This document shows positions 1 through 9,286 of a stretch of DNA of 64,000 nucleotides, piece by piece. Source of the DNA: Bacteroidota bacterium (GTDB lineage Bacteria > Bacteroidota > Bacteroidia > Bacteroidales > GCA-2748055); the NCBI GenBank assembly GCA_043797815.1, contig JAZDPG010000063.1, positions 85,232 to 149,231 of the forward strand. The letters run 5' to 3'. The number at the start of each line of letters is the position of its first letter. Position 1 is the first letter of the stretch. A model generated the notes under the pieces. The model was not told the origin of the DNA. It did no database searches and worked only from the letters and a program-made list of their open reading frames with translations. The position numbers and the translations under genes are program-made.

Positions 1-44
1 TTCACAAACATGCCCGATTTGTAAAACTTCATTAATCAGAAAAC

Positions 45-464
45 GTGATTAAACATCATATCCATATAAAGATCCGGTATGCAGAAACCGATCAGATGGG
101 TTATGTACATCATTCTCAGTATGCGCTTTACCTGGAAGAAGCCAGGATGGAGTTGCTAAAGTCCATTGGTTTCGATTGTATTGCCATGGAAAAAAACGGA
201 GTAATCATGCCGGTTGTGGAAATGGAAACGCGTTTTTCATTCCCCCTGTTTTTTGGGGACACCATCGAAGTTGAGACCACGATTCATCCTCCTTGGGACA
301 CCAGGCTTGAGTTTCGTTACAGGATTCGGAATCAGCATAAAAAGCTGGTATCCAGGGCAAAAATATCGCTTGTCCTTGCGGAGAAAGAGACCGGAAAGAT
401 TCTGAAAAATCCTGATAAATACCTCGATTGCTTAAACAGATCCCATGTAGGGATCACACCATAA
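45..464 (+). CDS. acyl-CoA thioesterase, 4HBT/YbgC hotdog-fold family
   Basis: 139-aa ORF with GTG start just after in-frame TAA at 33-35; IRYAETDQMGYVHHSQY motif typical of YbgC/4HBT thioesterases. Confidence 0.8.
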   Translation: MIKHHIHIKIRYAETDQMGYVHHSQYALYLEEARMELLKSIGFDCIAMEKNGVIMPVVEMETRFSFPLFFGDTIEVETTIHPPWDTRLEFRYRIRNQHKKLVSRAKISLVLAEKETGKILKNPDKYLDCLNRSHVGITP

Positions 465-494
465 CCAACAATTATATTCTTAATTCAAATAGAA

Positions 495-1859
495 ATGAAA
501 AGTACTGATGTATTGGTAATCGGAGGCAGCGCTGCCGGATTGGGAGCTGCATTGGCATCAAAATCCCACTATCCTGCAAAGCGAGTAACTTTAATCCGGA
601 AGGAGGAAAAGGTGGCCATTCCATGCGGTATCCCCTATATTTTCGGGACCCTGGAGACATGCGATCAGGATATTCTGCCCGATGCCGGTCTGATCAAGGA
701 AGGGGTGGAAATTATCGTCAATGAGGTAAGCTCCCTGGATGGTGAGAAGAAGACCTGCCTTTTGAGCGATGGAACACAAATTGGCTATGAAAAACTGATC
801 CTGGCAACCGGTTCCACCCCTGTCGTTCCTGACTGGTTGAAGGGCGTGCAATTGGAAAATGTATTTACAGTCCCAAAAGACCTGGTATACCTTGATGCCA
901 TGAAGAAAAAGCTGGCAAATGTGGCAAATGTGGTTGTTGTGGGAGCCGGGTTTATTGGCATTGAAATGTCTGATGAGTTGAAGAAAGCAGGAAAGAAAGT
1001 AACCCTTGTGGAGTTACTTCCCCAGGTGCTTCCGCTGGCTTTTGACCCGGATCTTGCCGGGGAGGCAGAATTCATATTGAAGGAACGGGGGATCGAAATC
1101 CTGACCAGCCACAGTTTAAAAGAGATCATCGGTGAAAAGAAGGTCGAGGGAGTGAAGATCGAATATAATGATGTGGTACGTACCCTAAAGGCAGAGGCTG
1201 TGATTCTCTCCATGGGATATGTTCCCAACGTCGGATTGGCAAAAAACCTGGACGTGACATATAACAGGGATGGATTTATTAAGGTGGATGAATATATGCG
1301 TACCGATCACCCCGATGTATTTGCTGTGGGAGACTGTGCCGAAAAGAGGGATTTCTTTACCAGGAAGAGGTCCAAAGCCATGCTGGCATCCATTGCCTGT
1401 GCTGAAGCAAGGGTAGCGGGGATGAACCTGTACAAGCTCTCCACCCTGAAGACCATTGGAGGGACCATTGCTATCTTCTCAACTGCCCTGAACGGGACAG
1501 GGTTTGGTGCTGCCGGGCTCACTGAGACCGTGGCAAGGCAGGAAGGATTTGATATCATTGCAGGAACATTTGCAGGTGTTGACAGGCATCCCGGGATGCT
1601 TAACAATCCACACAGGCAGATTGTCAAGCTTATTGCAGGCCGTGAAAACGGAGTGATCCTTGGCGGTGAAGTGATGGGCGGATCCAGTACCGGGGAGCTG
1701 ATTAATATCATCGGTTTTATTATTCAGAACAAGATGAATATCAACCAGCTGTTGACCTCTCAGATCGGAACCCATCCCATGCTGACCGCCTCACCTGCAG
1801 CATACCCGCTTATCAAGGCAGCAGAAGTCATTGCAAAAGTATTCTGGAAAAAACAATAA
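495..1859 (+). CDS. FAD-dependent pyridine nucleotide-disulfide oxidoreductase, CoA-disulfide reductase / NADH oxidase (single-Cys) family
   Basis: 454-aa ORF; DVLVIGGSAAG FAD fold, VVVVGAGFIGIEMSDEL NAD(P)H fold, candidate redox Cys in VAIPCGIPY as in CoADR/Nox; no C-terminal rhodanese domain. Confidence 0.8.
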   Translation: MKSTDVLVIGGSAAGLGAALASKSHYPAKRVTLIRKEEKVAIPCGIPYIFGTLETCDQDILPDAGLIKEGVEIIVNEVSSLDGEKKTCLLSDGTQIGYEKLILATGSTPVVPDWLKGVQLENVFTVPKDLVYLDAMKKKLANVANVVVVGAGFIGIEMSDELKKAGKKVTLVELLPQVLPLAFDPDLAGEAEFILKERGIEILTSHSLKEIIGEKKVEGVKIEYNDVVRTLKAEAVILSMGYVPNVGLAKNLDVTYNRDGFIKVDEYMRTDHPDVFAVGDCAEKRDFFTRKRSKAMLASIACAEARVAGMNLYKLSTLKTIGGTIAIFSTALNGTGFGAAGLTETVARQEGFDIIAGTFAGVDRHPGMLNNPHRQIVKLIAGRENGVILGGEVMGGSSTGELINIIGFIIQNKMNINQLLTSQIGTHPMLTASPAAYPLIKAAEVIAKVFWKKQ

Positions 1860-1866
1860 AACTCCC

Positions 1867-2646
1867 ATGAAGTTAATTGTGTTATCAGATACAAAGGCCA
1901 TGCCCGGATTTAAATTCGAGCATGGCCTCTCATTCCTGATTGAGGTGGATGAGAAAAGAATCCTTCTCGATACGGGAGCCTCTGATGTATTTCTGCAGAA
2001 TGCAGAGAAGCTAGGTATCGACCTGACCAGCGTGGATGGATTGGTGCTCAGTCACGGTCACTGGGACCATGGCAATGGATTACAACATATGGAAGGCAAG
2101 CCTCTCCTTTGCCATCCGGGCTGCTTTCAGGGCAGGACCAGGAAACTGGGAGGCGGAAGTCTGGGACTGGCACTGAGCCGGGAGGAGGTTGAGCAGCGGT
2201 ACGAACTGACTGTCTCCCTGGAACCGGTACAGATTTCAGAGCACCTCTGGTTTCTGGGAGAGATCCCCAGGCTCAATGATTTTGAAGCAAAAACGACAAA
2301 GTACCTTCTGCGGGGAGGAGAAGAAGATTTTATCATGGATGATTCAGGCCTGGCCTGTGCAACAGATCAAGGTCTGGTGGTCATTTCGGGATGCGCCCAT
2401 TCGGGGATTTGCAACATGATCGGGCATGCCATGAAAGTTACCGGAATAAGCAGGCTGGCAGGAGTGACAGGAGGTTTTCATCTCAGTGAAGATAACCATC
2501 AAACCCAAAAAACCATAACATACCTGAGGAATGCGGAAGTTGGTTCGGTTTATCCATCCCATTGTACCCAGGATCCGGCACTGGGTCTTTTTTATAAGGC
2601 GTTTGGAAACAACCAGGTTCTCGCCGGGAGCACGATTGAATTTTAA
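1867..2646 (+). CDS. MBL-fold metallo-hydrolase
   Basis: ORF 1831-2646; start moved to ATG 1867 (MKLIVLSD) to remove overlap with upstream gene; HGHWDHGNG (HxHxDH) metal motif. Confidence 0.8.
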   Translation: MKLIVLSDTKAMPGFKFEHGLSFLIEVDEKRILLDTGASDVFLQNAEKLGIDLTSVDGLVLSHGHWDHGNGLQHMEGKPLLCHPGCFQGRTRKLGGGSLGLALSREEVEQRYELTVSLEPVQISEHLWFLGEIPRLNDFEAKTTKYLLRGGEEDFIMDDSGLACATDQGLVVISGCAHSGICNMIGHAMKVTGISRLAGVTGGFHLSEDNHQTQKTITYLRNAEVGSVYPSHCTQDPALGLFYKAFGNNQVLAGSTIEF

Positions 2647-2699
2647 TATCCTTTGATTCAGTTGTATTGTCGTATATTTACGTCATAAAAGATCATGGT

Positions 2700-3032
2700 A
2701 TGACATCCCCGAAACTTGAATTATTCGATATAGAACTGCAGACATCTGCCGCCCTGTTCAAAGCGCTGGCCCATCCGGCCCGGCTGGCCATTCTGAATTA
2801 TCTGGCAGAGACAAGGAGCTGCATGACCGGTGATATTACCAGGGAGTTGCCCCTGAGCCGGACCACAGTGAATCAGCACCTGACCGAGCTGAAGGATGCC
2901 GGCCTGATCAAGGGGGAGATCAGCGGAGCAAAAGTGAACTATTGCCTGAATACCTTGAAGATTTCCGAATTGGATGACCGGTTCAGGCGGATGATGGTTC
3001 AACTGGATTGTTGCGCAGAACCCGGGTGTTGA
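2700..3032 (+). CDS. ArsR/SmtB-family transcriptional regulator with Cys41 and C-terminal Cys cluster
   Basis: ORF 2667-3032 (TTG); ATG at 2700 preferred; LFKALAHPARLAILNYL...TVNQHLTELKDAGLI winged-helix signature; C-terminal DCCAEPGC. Confidence 0.85.
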   Translation: MTSPKLELFDIELQTSAALFKALAHPARLAILNYLAETRSCMTGDITRELPLSRTTVNQHLTELKDAGLIKGEISGAKVNYCLNTLKISELDDRFRRMMVQLDCCAEPGC

Positions 3033-3073
3033 TGATTGAAGGGTTTTTGTAACTTACCTGAAAATTTCCAAAC

Positions 3074-3988
3074 ATGAAGAAGATATTTTATTTACCGGGC
3101 ATATCCCTTCTGATCCTGTTGGCTTGCAACCAGCCAGTGAAGGTGGCAGACCAGAACAAGAAAGATGAATTTACATTTGCTTTTTTAACGGATATTCACC
3201 TGCAGCCTGAACGCTCAGCGGTGGAGGGCTTTCAAAAAGCCATTGACACCATCAACAGGATCAACCCCGATTTTGTGCTGACCGGTGGAGACCTGGTGAT
3301 GGATGCACTGAACCAGACCTATGGAAGAGCAGATTCATTGTACAAATTGTATGAAACAGTAACAAAGGGATTTAATATGCCGGTTTATAATACTGTGGGT
3401 AACCATGAGGTATACGGGTGGCACCGGGATGAAGCCGGACTGGAGGAACACCCCGAGTTTGGCAAAGGGATGTTTGAAAAGAGGTTTGGGAAACGCTATT
3501 ATTCCTTTAACCACAAAGGCTGGCACTTCATCATCCTTGATGCCATCTACCGGAGCGTGGAGGGTCAATATGAAGGAATGATCGATGATGAACAGATCAG
3601 CTGGATCAGGGAGGATCTTCAAAAAACCGGCAAGGAAACACCCATTGTCGTCAGCGTCCATATACCTTTTATTACCTCACAGACCCAGTTAACCCGCGGA
3701 TCGCTCGAGCCCAATTCCAGGGGACTGGTCATTGTTAATTCCCGGGAGGTTCTGCTACATTTCTGGGAATATAATCTGAAACTTGTCCTGCAGGGGCATC
3801 TCCATTTCCTGGAAGACATCAATGTAAACAACCAGGTTCATTTTATTACCGGTGGGGCAGTTTGCGGAAAATGGTGGAATAACAAGCCCGAAGATCCGAT
3901 GGAGGAGGGCTTTCTGTTGGTACACATGAATGGTGAGGAGTTTGATTGGGAGTATGTGGATTACGGATGGACTCCGCCAAATGAGTAA
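3074..3988 (+). CDS. calcineurin-like metallophosphoesterase, lipoprotein
   Basis: 304-aa ORF; lipobox LILLAC; DIHL, GGDLVMD, GNHE, VHIP, GHLH phosphoesterase motifs. Confidence 0.85.
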   Translation: MKKIFYLPGISLLILLACNQPVKVADQNKKDEFTFAFLTDIHLQPERSAVEGFQKAIDTINRINPDFVLTGGDLVMDALNQTYGRADSLYKLYETVTKGFNMPVYNTVGNHEVYGWHRDEAGLEEHPEFGKGMFEKRFGKRYYSFNHKGWHFIILDAIYRSVEGQYEGMIDDEQISWIREDLQKTGKETPIVVSVHIPFITSQTQLTRGSLEPNSRGLVIVNSREVLLHFWEYNLKLVLQGHLHFLEDINVNNQVHFITGGAVCGKWWNNKPEDPMEEGFLLVHMNGEEFDWEYVDYGWTPPNE

Positions 3989-4039
3989 TCCGGCCGTATA
4001 ATTTGGATTTTATTTTATACTTTTATCTTATTATTGGTT

Positions 4040-4240
4040 TCCATATCCCGGCCAAGCCGGGGGAATGAAAAGGGAATGCCGTTAGAATCGGCAACAGTTC
4101 CCGCTGCTGTGAATCCGGGCCCAATCAGGGCTGCATGGCTTTTGGAGAAAACCACTGTTTTGAATCCGCATTCGACGGGTTGAATGGGAAGGTTCCGGAA
4201 GCAAGGACGAGTCAGAAGACCTGCCAGTGATACCCTTGTT
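4040..4240 (+). promoter_or_regulatory. cobalamin (B12) riboswitch
   Basis: AAAGGGAAUGCCGUUAGAAUCGGCAACAGUUCCCGCUGCUGUGAA core at 4068-4113, CCACUG...GGGAAGG at 4152-4192, B12 box GUCAGAAGACCUGCC at 4211-4225; lies in 356-nt gap upstream of a BtuB-containing operon; boundaries approximate. Confidence 0.85.
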
Positions 4241-4344
4241 TTTGCAGCCCGCGGTGAACGGGAAGCTGATCAAAAATCTATCCTTGGTCTTGCCTCACTC
4301 CGCCCGCTGCGACTTTAATAATTGAATATTAAAATCGTAGCAAA

Positions 4345-5859
4345 ATGAAAAAATGGATTACCATCCCAACAGGCCTGTTTATCGGGCTTTCAGTCATGGG
4401 CCAGACCTACCTGACCCACCAGAACGGTTTCAAATCAGCCTTCCTTCCATTCGAGTCCCCGGTGGTTTCCGCTATTGATGTGCACGAAAACCACATCTTC
4501 ATCAGCGACGGGGATACCATCCGGATGATGGATATGAATTCGGGTACCCTGCTGAAGAAATTTGAAAAACCAGAGGACGATACGGTCTCGGCCTACGCCA
4601 GTTTTTTGACTATCTCCTCTGACGGATCATCCATATGGGCCGGATATACCAGTGACTTCAATGTGGAAGACCGTATTTACCAGATTGATACAGAGAGTGG
4701 CGTATGGAACTTAAAGACTGTATTTCCTCAGAACTTCGACCTGGTTTTTTGGAATGACACCATCCTGGTTTCGGGAATCAACACCTCCTCCTGGGAAGAT
4801 CCCAATGGCATTTTCCTGCTTGATACCTCCGGGCAGAACATGCACAGGATGCTTATGGAAACCGGTGGATATTCAGCAGGGCTTGCCATCGATAAAACAG
4901 GAGCAGTATATTATGGCACTTCCTATATGATGAATCCCAATGGACTCTACCGGTGGGACAGCGCCCGGGTGGCCGGGGTGTTAAATCGAGAAGGCCCGGA
5001 CACACTGCATATTGCGGATGCAGAGAAACTTTCTGACCTGCCGGCCGGCGCCTATGATTGTGATGTGGATGTGGCCGGGAACTTGGTGTTGAACATGAAC
5101 CAGTTTGGTGGGAGGAAGGTGGTGGTCCAATGGAACGGAACCACCGGTGAAGGGATCCATCTGGATACCCTGGCCTTCACAGGCGGTGAGTGGGACTGGA
5201 TGGCACTTATCAAAACCGTGGGTGATATTAGCGCGCCTGAGCCTGGAAACAGTATCCTGACTTTTTCGTTCGGACAACCGCTTGTTGATATTCATGCTGC
5301 CGACTACCCTCCTTATGTGGCCAGTCCCATAGAGGATATCTCCTGCCCCTACCACGAACTGCAAGAAATTGATATATCCAGTGTTTTTTCAGATCCGGAT
5401 GACCCGGATTCCCTGATCACCAAAAAACTGCTCTCTCTCAGCAATAATTACCTTTTCGGTGTATCCGTTAACGGGAATTTGATATCCTTCGCCATGCCAA
5501 CTGGCAAGGGTAGCGTGGAAAGCACAGAAACAGATGTTGTGATAGAAGGCGAATCAGCCGGGATTACTGCAACCGACACTTTTCGGGTAACCATCGAAGT
5601 CGTGGGTGGGGTTGAGGATCATGATCAAACCACAACGGAAGTATACCCCAACCCTACCAATGGAATATTTCGAATCAAAGGGGAAATCTTCGAACCTTTT
5701 GATATCAGGATATACACACTCACCGGTGTTTTGGTAAGGGAGTTTCCGGAACGTCTGCCCGAGCAAGTCGTCGACATCTCGGGATTACCAGATGGCATAT
5801 ATCTTCTAAGCGTGGTTTGGAACGGAATGAACAGGAGTATACTGATCCATAAACAATAA
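4345..5859 (+). CDS. exported protein of unknown function with T9SS type A C-terminal sorting domain
   Basis: 504-aa ORF; signal peptide; repetitive beta-rich N-terminal region; C-terminus VYPNPTNGIFRIKG...ISGLPDGIYLLSV matches the Por/T9SS CTD pattern. Confidence 0.7.
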   Translation: MKKWITIPTGLFIGLSVMGQTYLTHQNGFKSAFLPFESPVVSAIDVHENHIFISDGDTIRMMDMNSGTLLKKFEKPEDDTVSAYASFLTISSDGSSIWAGYTSDFNVEDRIYQIDTESGVWNLKTVFPQNFDLVFWNDTILVSGINTSSWEDPNGIFLLDTSGQNMHRMLMETGGYSAGLAIDKTGAVYYGTSYMMNPNGLYRWDSARVAGVLNREGPDTLHIADAEKLSDLPAGAYDCDVDVAGNLVLNMNQFGGRKVVVQWNGTTGEGIHLDTLAFTGGEWDWMALIKTVGDISAPEPGNSILTFSFGQPLVDIHAADYPPYVASPIEDISCPYHELQEIDISSVFSDPDDPDSLITKKLLSLSNNYLFGVSVNGNLISFAMPTGKGSVESTETDVVIEGESAGITATDTFRVTIEVVGGVEDHDQTTTEVYPNPTNGIFRIKGEIFEPFDIRIYTLTGVLVREFPERLPEQVVDISGLPDGIYLLSVVWNGMNRSILIHKQ

Positions 5860-5867
5860 CAGTTCTC

Positions 5868-7283
5868 TTGAAAAAGACACTCTTATACATGTTACTGGCC
5901 CTGGGAAGCACTTCCCTGGCGGCACAGTACATTTCAGAGGTGGTTTCGTATTCACCGGCGCCCGGCCAGTTCATCAATAAAGCTCCCTGGGGCCTTCCGG
6001 AATCTGCAGCTTCCATCATTGGAGGGGTGAACGGGAGCCTTTGCCTGGGGGCATTTGGCGGAGAAGTGGTTTTTCGGTTTGATGGGCCGGTCGAGAATCA
6101 TCCGGACAATCCCTTCGGGGTGGATTTCACCATTTTTGGGAATCCCTTGCCCGATTGGTCAGAACCGGGTGTGGTCTGGGTCCTGAAAGATGAGAACGGG
6201 AACGGAGCACCCGATGATAGCTGGTATGAGCTGGCAGGTAGTGACTATTATTTTTCTTCCACCAGGAAAAATTATCAGGTAATTTATACGAACCCTGGCG
6301 ATACGGTTGCACGGGATGTTCCCTGGGAGGACCAGATGGGGAACACCGGGTTTATCAGGGCAAACAGCGCTCATGTACAGACCTATTATCCCTGTCTGGA
6401 TTTTTTTCCCGGCATCCCGGAAGGGCAGTATGCAGTGACCGGCTCCATGATCAGGGGAGCTGTGGATGTGGATCACCCGCCGCTTCTGAAATCTGCCAGG
6501 AGGGCGTTTGGGTACGCAGATAACCAAGCCCGGGGAAATCCCCCCTATACCATGCCGGACAATCCTTATACACCGGAACTTGAAAACGCCGGCGGAGATG
6601 CTTTTGATATCAGCTGGGCCGTGGATCCGGATGGAAAGCTTGTGGAGCTGGACATGATCCATTTTGTAAAGGTTGTGAATGCCGTTCTTCATGAAGGCGG
6701 ATGGCTGGGAGAGGTTTCTACGGAGATCACGGGTGCCGTGGATATACCTCCTGAACCCGGGATAGAAGGAGATCTTGAACTGGTGGTAATCAGGGATCTT
6801 CCGCCCGAGATTGGTACCACTTCTTACCAGATGGAGGTGTTTGCCTTCCACCGGGGCAGGCTTGAGTACAACCAGGGTGTACAATGGAGCTGTAATGCGG
6901 AGTGGGCCCAGATCGATGCGCAAAATGTACTTACTGTTTCGGGAACGGGTCCGTTGACGCTGACTGCATCTCTGGATTCTGATCCGGCAGTGAAGGCTTC
7001 GGTTTCTACCACCGTCAATTCCGGGGTTTCTTCTGCACTTGACGGCGCGTACAGATCTGCAAGGATAAGTATGTATCCAAATCCGGCAAAAGAAGAGATC
7101 CGGATCACCGGAACCGGGGAGGCAATCATCTCCTTTTACAATGCATCCGGCATGTGCATGAAACAGGTTCAGCCCGGTTCAGGGAACAATGCCATCCGGA
7201 TCGGGGAACTTCCCGGGGGTGTTTACATGGTGAGGATTGACAGGGGTAGTTCGGTTGAATGGATGAAACTTCTGAAGCAATAA
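5868..7283 (+). CDS. exported protein of unknown function with T9SS type A C-terminal sorting domain
   Basis: 471-aa ORF, TTG start (alternative ATG 5889); signal peptide LALGSTSLAAQ; C-terminus MYPNPAKEEIRITG...GELPGGVYMVRI T9SS CTD pattern; 8 nt after upstream gene. Confidence 0.7.
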   Translation: MKKTLLYMLLALGSTSLAAQYISEVVSYSPAPGQFINKAPWGLPESAASIIGGVNGSLCLGAFGGEVVFRFDGPVENHPDNPFGVDFTIFGNPLPDWSEPGVVWVLKDENGNGAPDDSWYELAGSDYYFSSTRKNYQVIYTNPGDTVARDVPWEDQMGNTGFIRANSAHVQTYYPCLDFFPGIPEGQYAVTGSMIRGAVDVDHPPLLKSARRAFGYADNQARGNPPYTMPDNPYTPELENAGGDAFDISWAVDPDGKLVELDMIHFVKVVNAVLHEGGWLGEVSTEITGAVDIPPEPGIEGDLELVVIRDLPPEIGTTSYQMEVFAFHRGRLEYNQGVQWSCNAEWAQIDAQNVLTVSGTGPLTLTASLDSDPAVKASVSTTVNSGVSSALDGAYRSARISMYPNPAKEEIRITGTGEAIISFYNASGMCMKQVQPGSGNNAIRIGELPGGVYMVRIDRGSSVEWMKLLKQ

Positions 7284-7284
7284 C

Positions 7285-9282
7285 ATGTGGAGAAGGCTGC
7301 AAATCATGGCTTTGGGCGGCTTCTTCATTGTCCCGCTCCAATCCCAGGGAATCAGGGACTCCCTGTTCCTGATTGATGCCGTGGAGATCAGGGCCGACAG
7401 GATATTCCTGAAGGAGGAAGCCGGGATGAAGCAGACTGAAATCGACTCATCCATCCTTCAGGGGAAAGTCAATCTCTTGCTGTCGGATGTACTGTCAGAA
7501 AACAGTTCCGTTTTTATTAAGAATCATGGAAGGGGAGCGCTGTCCACAGCGTCCTTCCGGGGTACGGCCGCCTCCCATACCAGTATCAGCTGGAATGGGC
7601 TCAACATTCAAAGTCCCATGTCCGGAATGGTTGATTTTTCACTTATCCCGGTATATGTCATCGATGAACTGAAACTCAAGCATGGCGCGGCTTCCATAGC
7701 GGACCAGGCAGGAGGAATCGGGGGATCCATCAGCATTGGTAATCCGGCTGACTGGAAGAGGGGAACAGAAGTTCAGTATATGCAGGGGATTGGAAGCTAC
7801 AGAACCTTTGATGAGTACCTTCTGGCTGGCTTCGGGAATGGGAAAATCAGGGTGAAGACCAGGCTTTATCACAATTACTCCCGGAATGATTATACGTTCA
7901 TCAACAGGGGCATCGGGAACATTGACCCGGTCACGGGGGATGTGGTCAATCCGGTGGATACCAATGACAATGCAGCTTTTCTGCGTTACGGTTTGCTGCA
8001 GGAGTTCCATTACAGACCCCATGCCGGCCATGTTCTGTCTCTCCTGTATTGGGGACAGTATGCCGACCGGACCATCCCCAGGCCAACCAGCTTCGAGGGA
8101 CCCGATCATTCGAACCTGAACAACCAGGAGGATACCGATCATAAAGTGGTGGCCCGCTGGAAATACTACGCGCCCTTCGGTAAGATCATGGTCCGGTCGG
8201 GATATTCCGGTAAACAACTGGATTATGTGCAGAGGAACAGGGTCCCGGGTTTGGGACTTATCCCTTCGATCCATTCCATCAGTCAGCAAAACAGCTTCCT
8301 GAATACCCTCTCCTATACCTGGGATCCCGGTGAGGCTCTTTCGGTGGAAGGCAAAGTGGATTTGAACCATCACGATGTGAATTCCAGGGATACCATCAGC
8401 GGGACAGGATATGACGGAGGGCGCGATGAGGTCTCGCTCTCCGGTTCCCTCCGAAAAAATCTTGGAGAGCGCCTGAACCTGAACCTGATCTTCAGGCAGG
8501 ATTGGGTGGATGGGCACAGGATCCCTTTTATTCCTTACATGGGGGTGGATTTCAGGATTGTGGAAAACAGTGACCTGGTACTGAAGGCAAGTATGGCCAG
8601 GAACTACCACATGCCAGCCCTGAATGATTTATACTGGCAACCGGGCGGGAATCCGAATCTCCTGCCGGAACAGGGATACAGTCTGGAAGCCGGACTGGAG
8701 TACCAGAAGGTTTTCACCGCTCATAAAATCAAAGCCGAAGCGACCTTTTACCGCACGGTTATAAACAACTGGATCCTGTGGATCCCTTCATACAAAGGTT
8801 ATTGGGAACCAATGAATATCAGAGAGGTGCTTTCTACCGGGATGGAAAGCGAATTGCAGATGAACGGATCTCTGGGGAAAATACAATACAGATTGTCAGG
8901 TACCTATGCATATACCCGTTCGGTGAATCACAGCGACCCCCTGGTCCGTGGCGATGCATCCCGTGATAAACAACTGGTTTATATCCCGCTGCATTCGGGC
9001 AATCTGATGATCAGCATTTTATACAGGGATTTTTTTGTTAGCTATCAGTATAATGCCTACGGTGAAAGGTATACCACTTCCAGCAACGATCCTTCCCGCC
9101 GGGACTGGCTCTACCCTTATTTCATGAATGATGCGGCTTTAGGCGGGAAATTCAGGATCAGGGAAACTGCACTATCAGCAGAATTCAAGATCTATAACCT
9201 GTTCAATGAATCTTACCATTCTGTGCTTTACCGGCCCATGCCGGGAAGGAATTATCACCTGGTTATAAAAATAGAGATCTGA
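7285..9282 (+). CDS. btuB: TonB-dependent outer-membrane receptor, BtuB-like (B12/corrinoid)
   Basis: 665-aa ORF; plug-domain sequence (ASFRGTAASHTSISWNGLNIQSP), long beta-barrel with aromatic-rich strands; size and riboswitch context fit BtuB. Confidence 0.75.
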   Translation: MWRRLQIMALGGFFIVPLQSQGIRDSLFLIDAVEIRADRIFLKEEAGMKQTEIDSSILQGKVNLLLSDVLSENSSVFIKNHGRGALSTASFRGTAASHTSISWNGLNIQSPMSGMVDFSLIPVYVIDELKLKHGAASIADQAGGIGGSISIGNPADWKRGTEVQYMQGIGSYRTFDEYLLAGFGNGKIRVKTRLYHNYSRNDYTFINRGIGNIDPVTGDVVNPVDTNDNAAFLRYGLLQEFHYRPHAGHVLSLLYWGQYADRTIPRPTSFEGPDHSNLNNQEDTDHKVVARWKYYAPFGKIMVRSGYSGKQLDYVQRNRVPGLGLIPSIHSISQQNSFLNTLSYTWDPGEALSVEGKVDLNHHDVNSRDTISGTGYDGGRDEVSLSGSLRKNLGERLNLNLIFRQDWVDGHRIPFIPYMGVDFRIVENSDLVLKASMARNYHMPALNDLYWQPGGNPNLLPEQGYSLEAGLEYQKVFTAHKIKAEATFYRTVINNWILWIPSYKGYWEPMNIREVLSTGMESELQMNGSLGKIQYRLSGTYAYTRSVNHSDPLVRGDASRDKQLVYIPLHSGNLMISILYRDFFVSYQYNAYGERYTTSSNDPSRRDWLYPYFMNDAALGGKFRIRETALSAEFKIYNLFNESYHSVLYRPMPGRNYHLVIKIEI

Positions 9283-9286
9283 CAGG

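Noticed and set aside
1831-1866. Upstream start of the MBL-fold gene overlapping the reductase gene
   Set aside because: MKLIVLSD at 1867 is a typical family N-terminus and removes the 29-nt overlap.
4082-4273. 63-aa minus-strand ORF in the 3989-4344 gap
   Set aside because: It overlaps the cobalamin riboswitch core. The RNA element explains the conservation-like structure.
6159-6923. 254-aa ORF on the minus strand
   Set aside because: It is entirely antisense to the well-supported T9SS-CTD gene at 5868-7283. Its composition (R/P/G/H-rich, no motifs) is typical of shadow ORFs.
7639-8610. 323-aa minus-strand ORF
   Set aside because: It is antisense to the TonB-dependent receptor gene. It has no recognisable motifs and is a shadow ORF.
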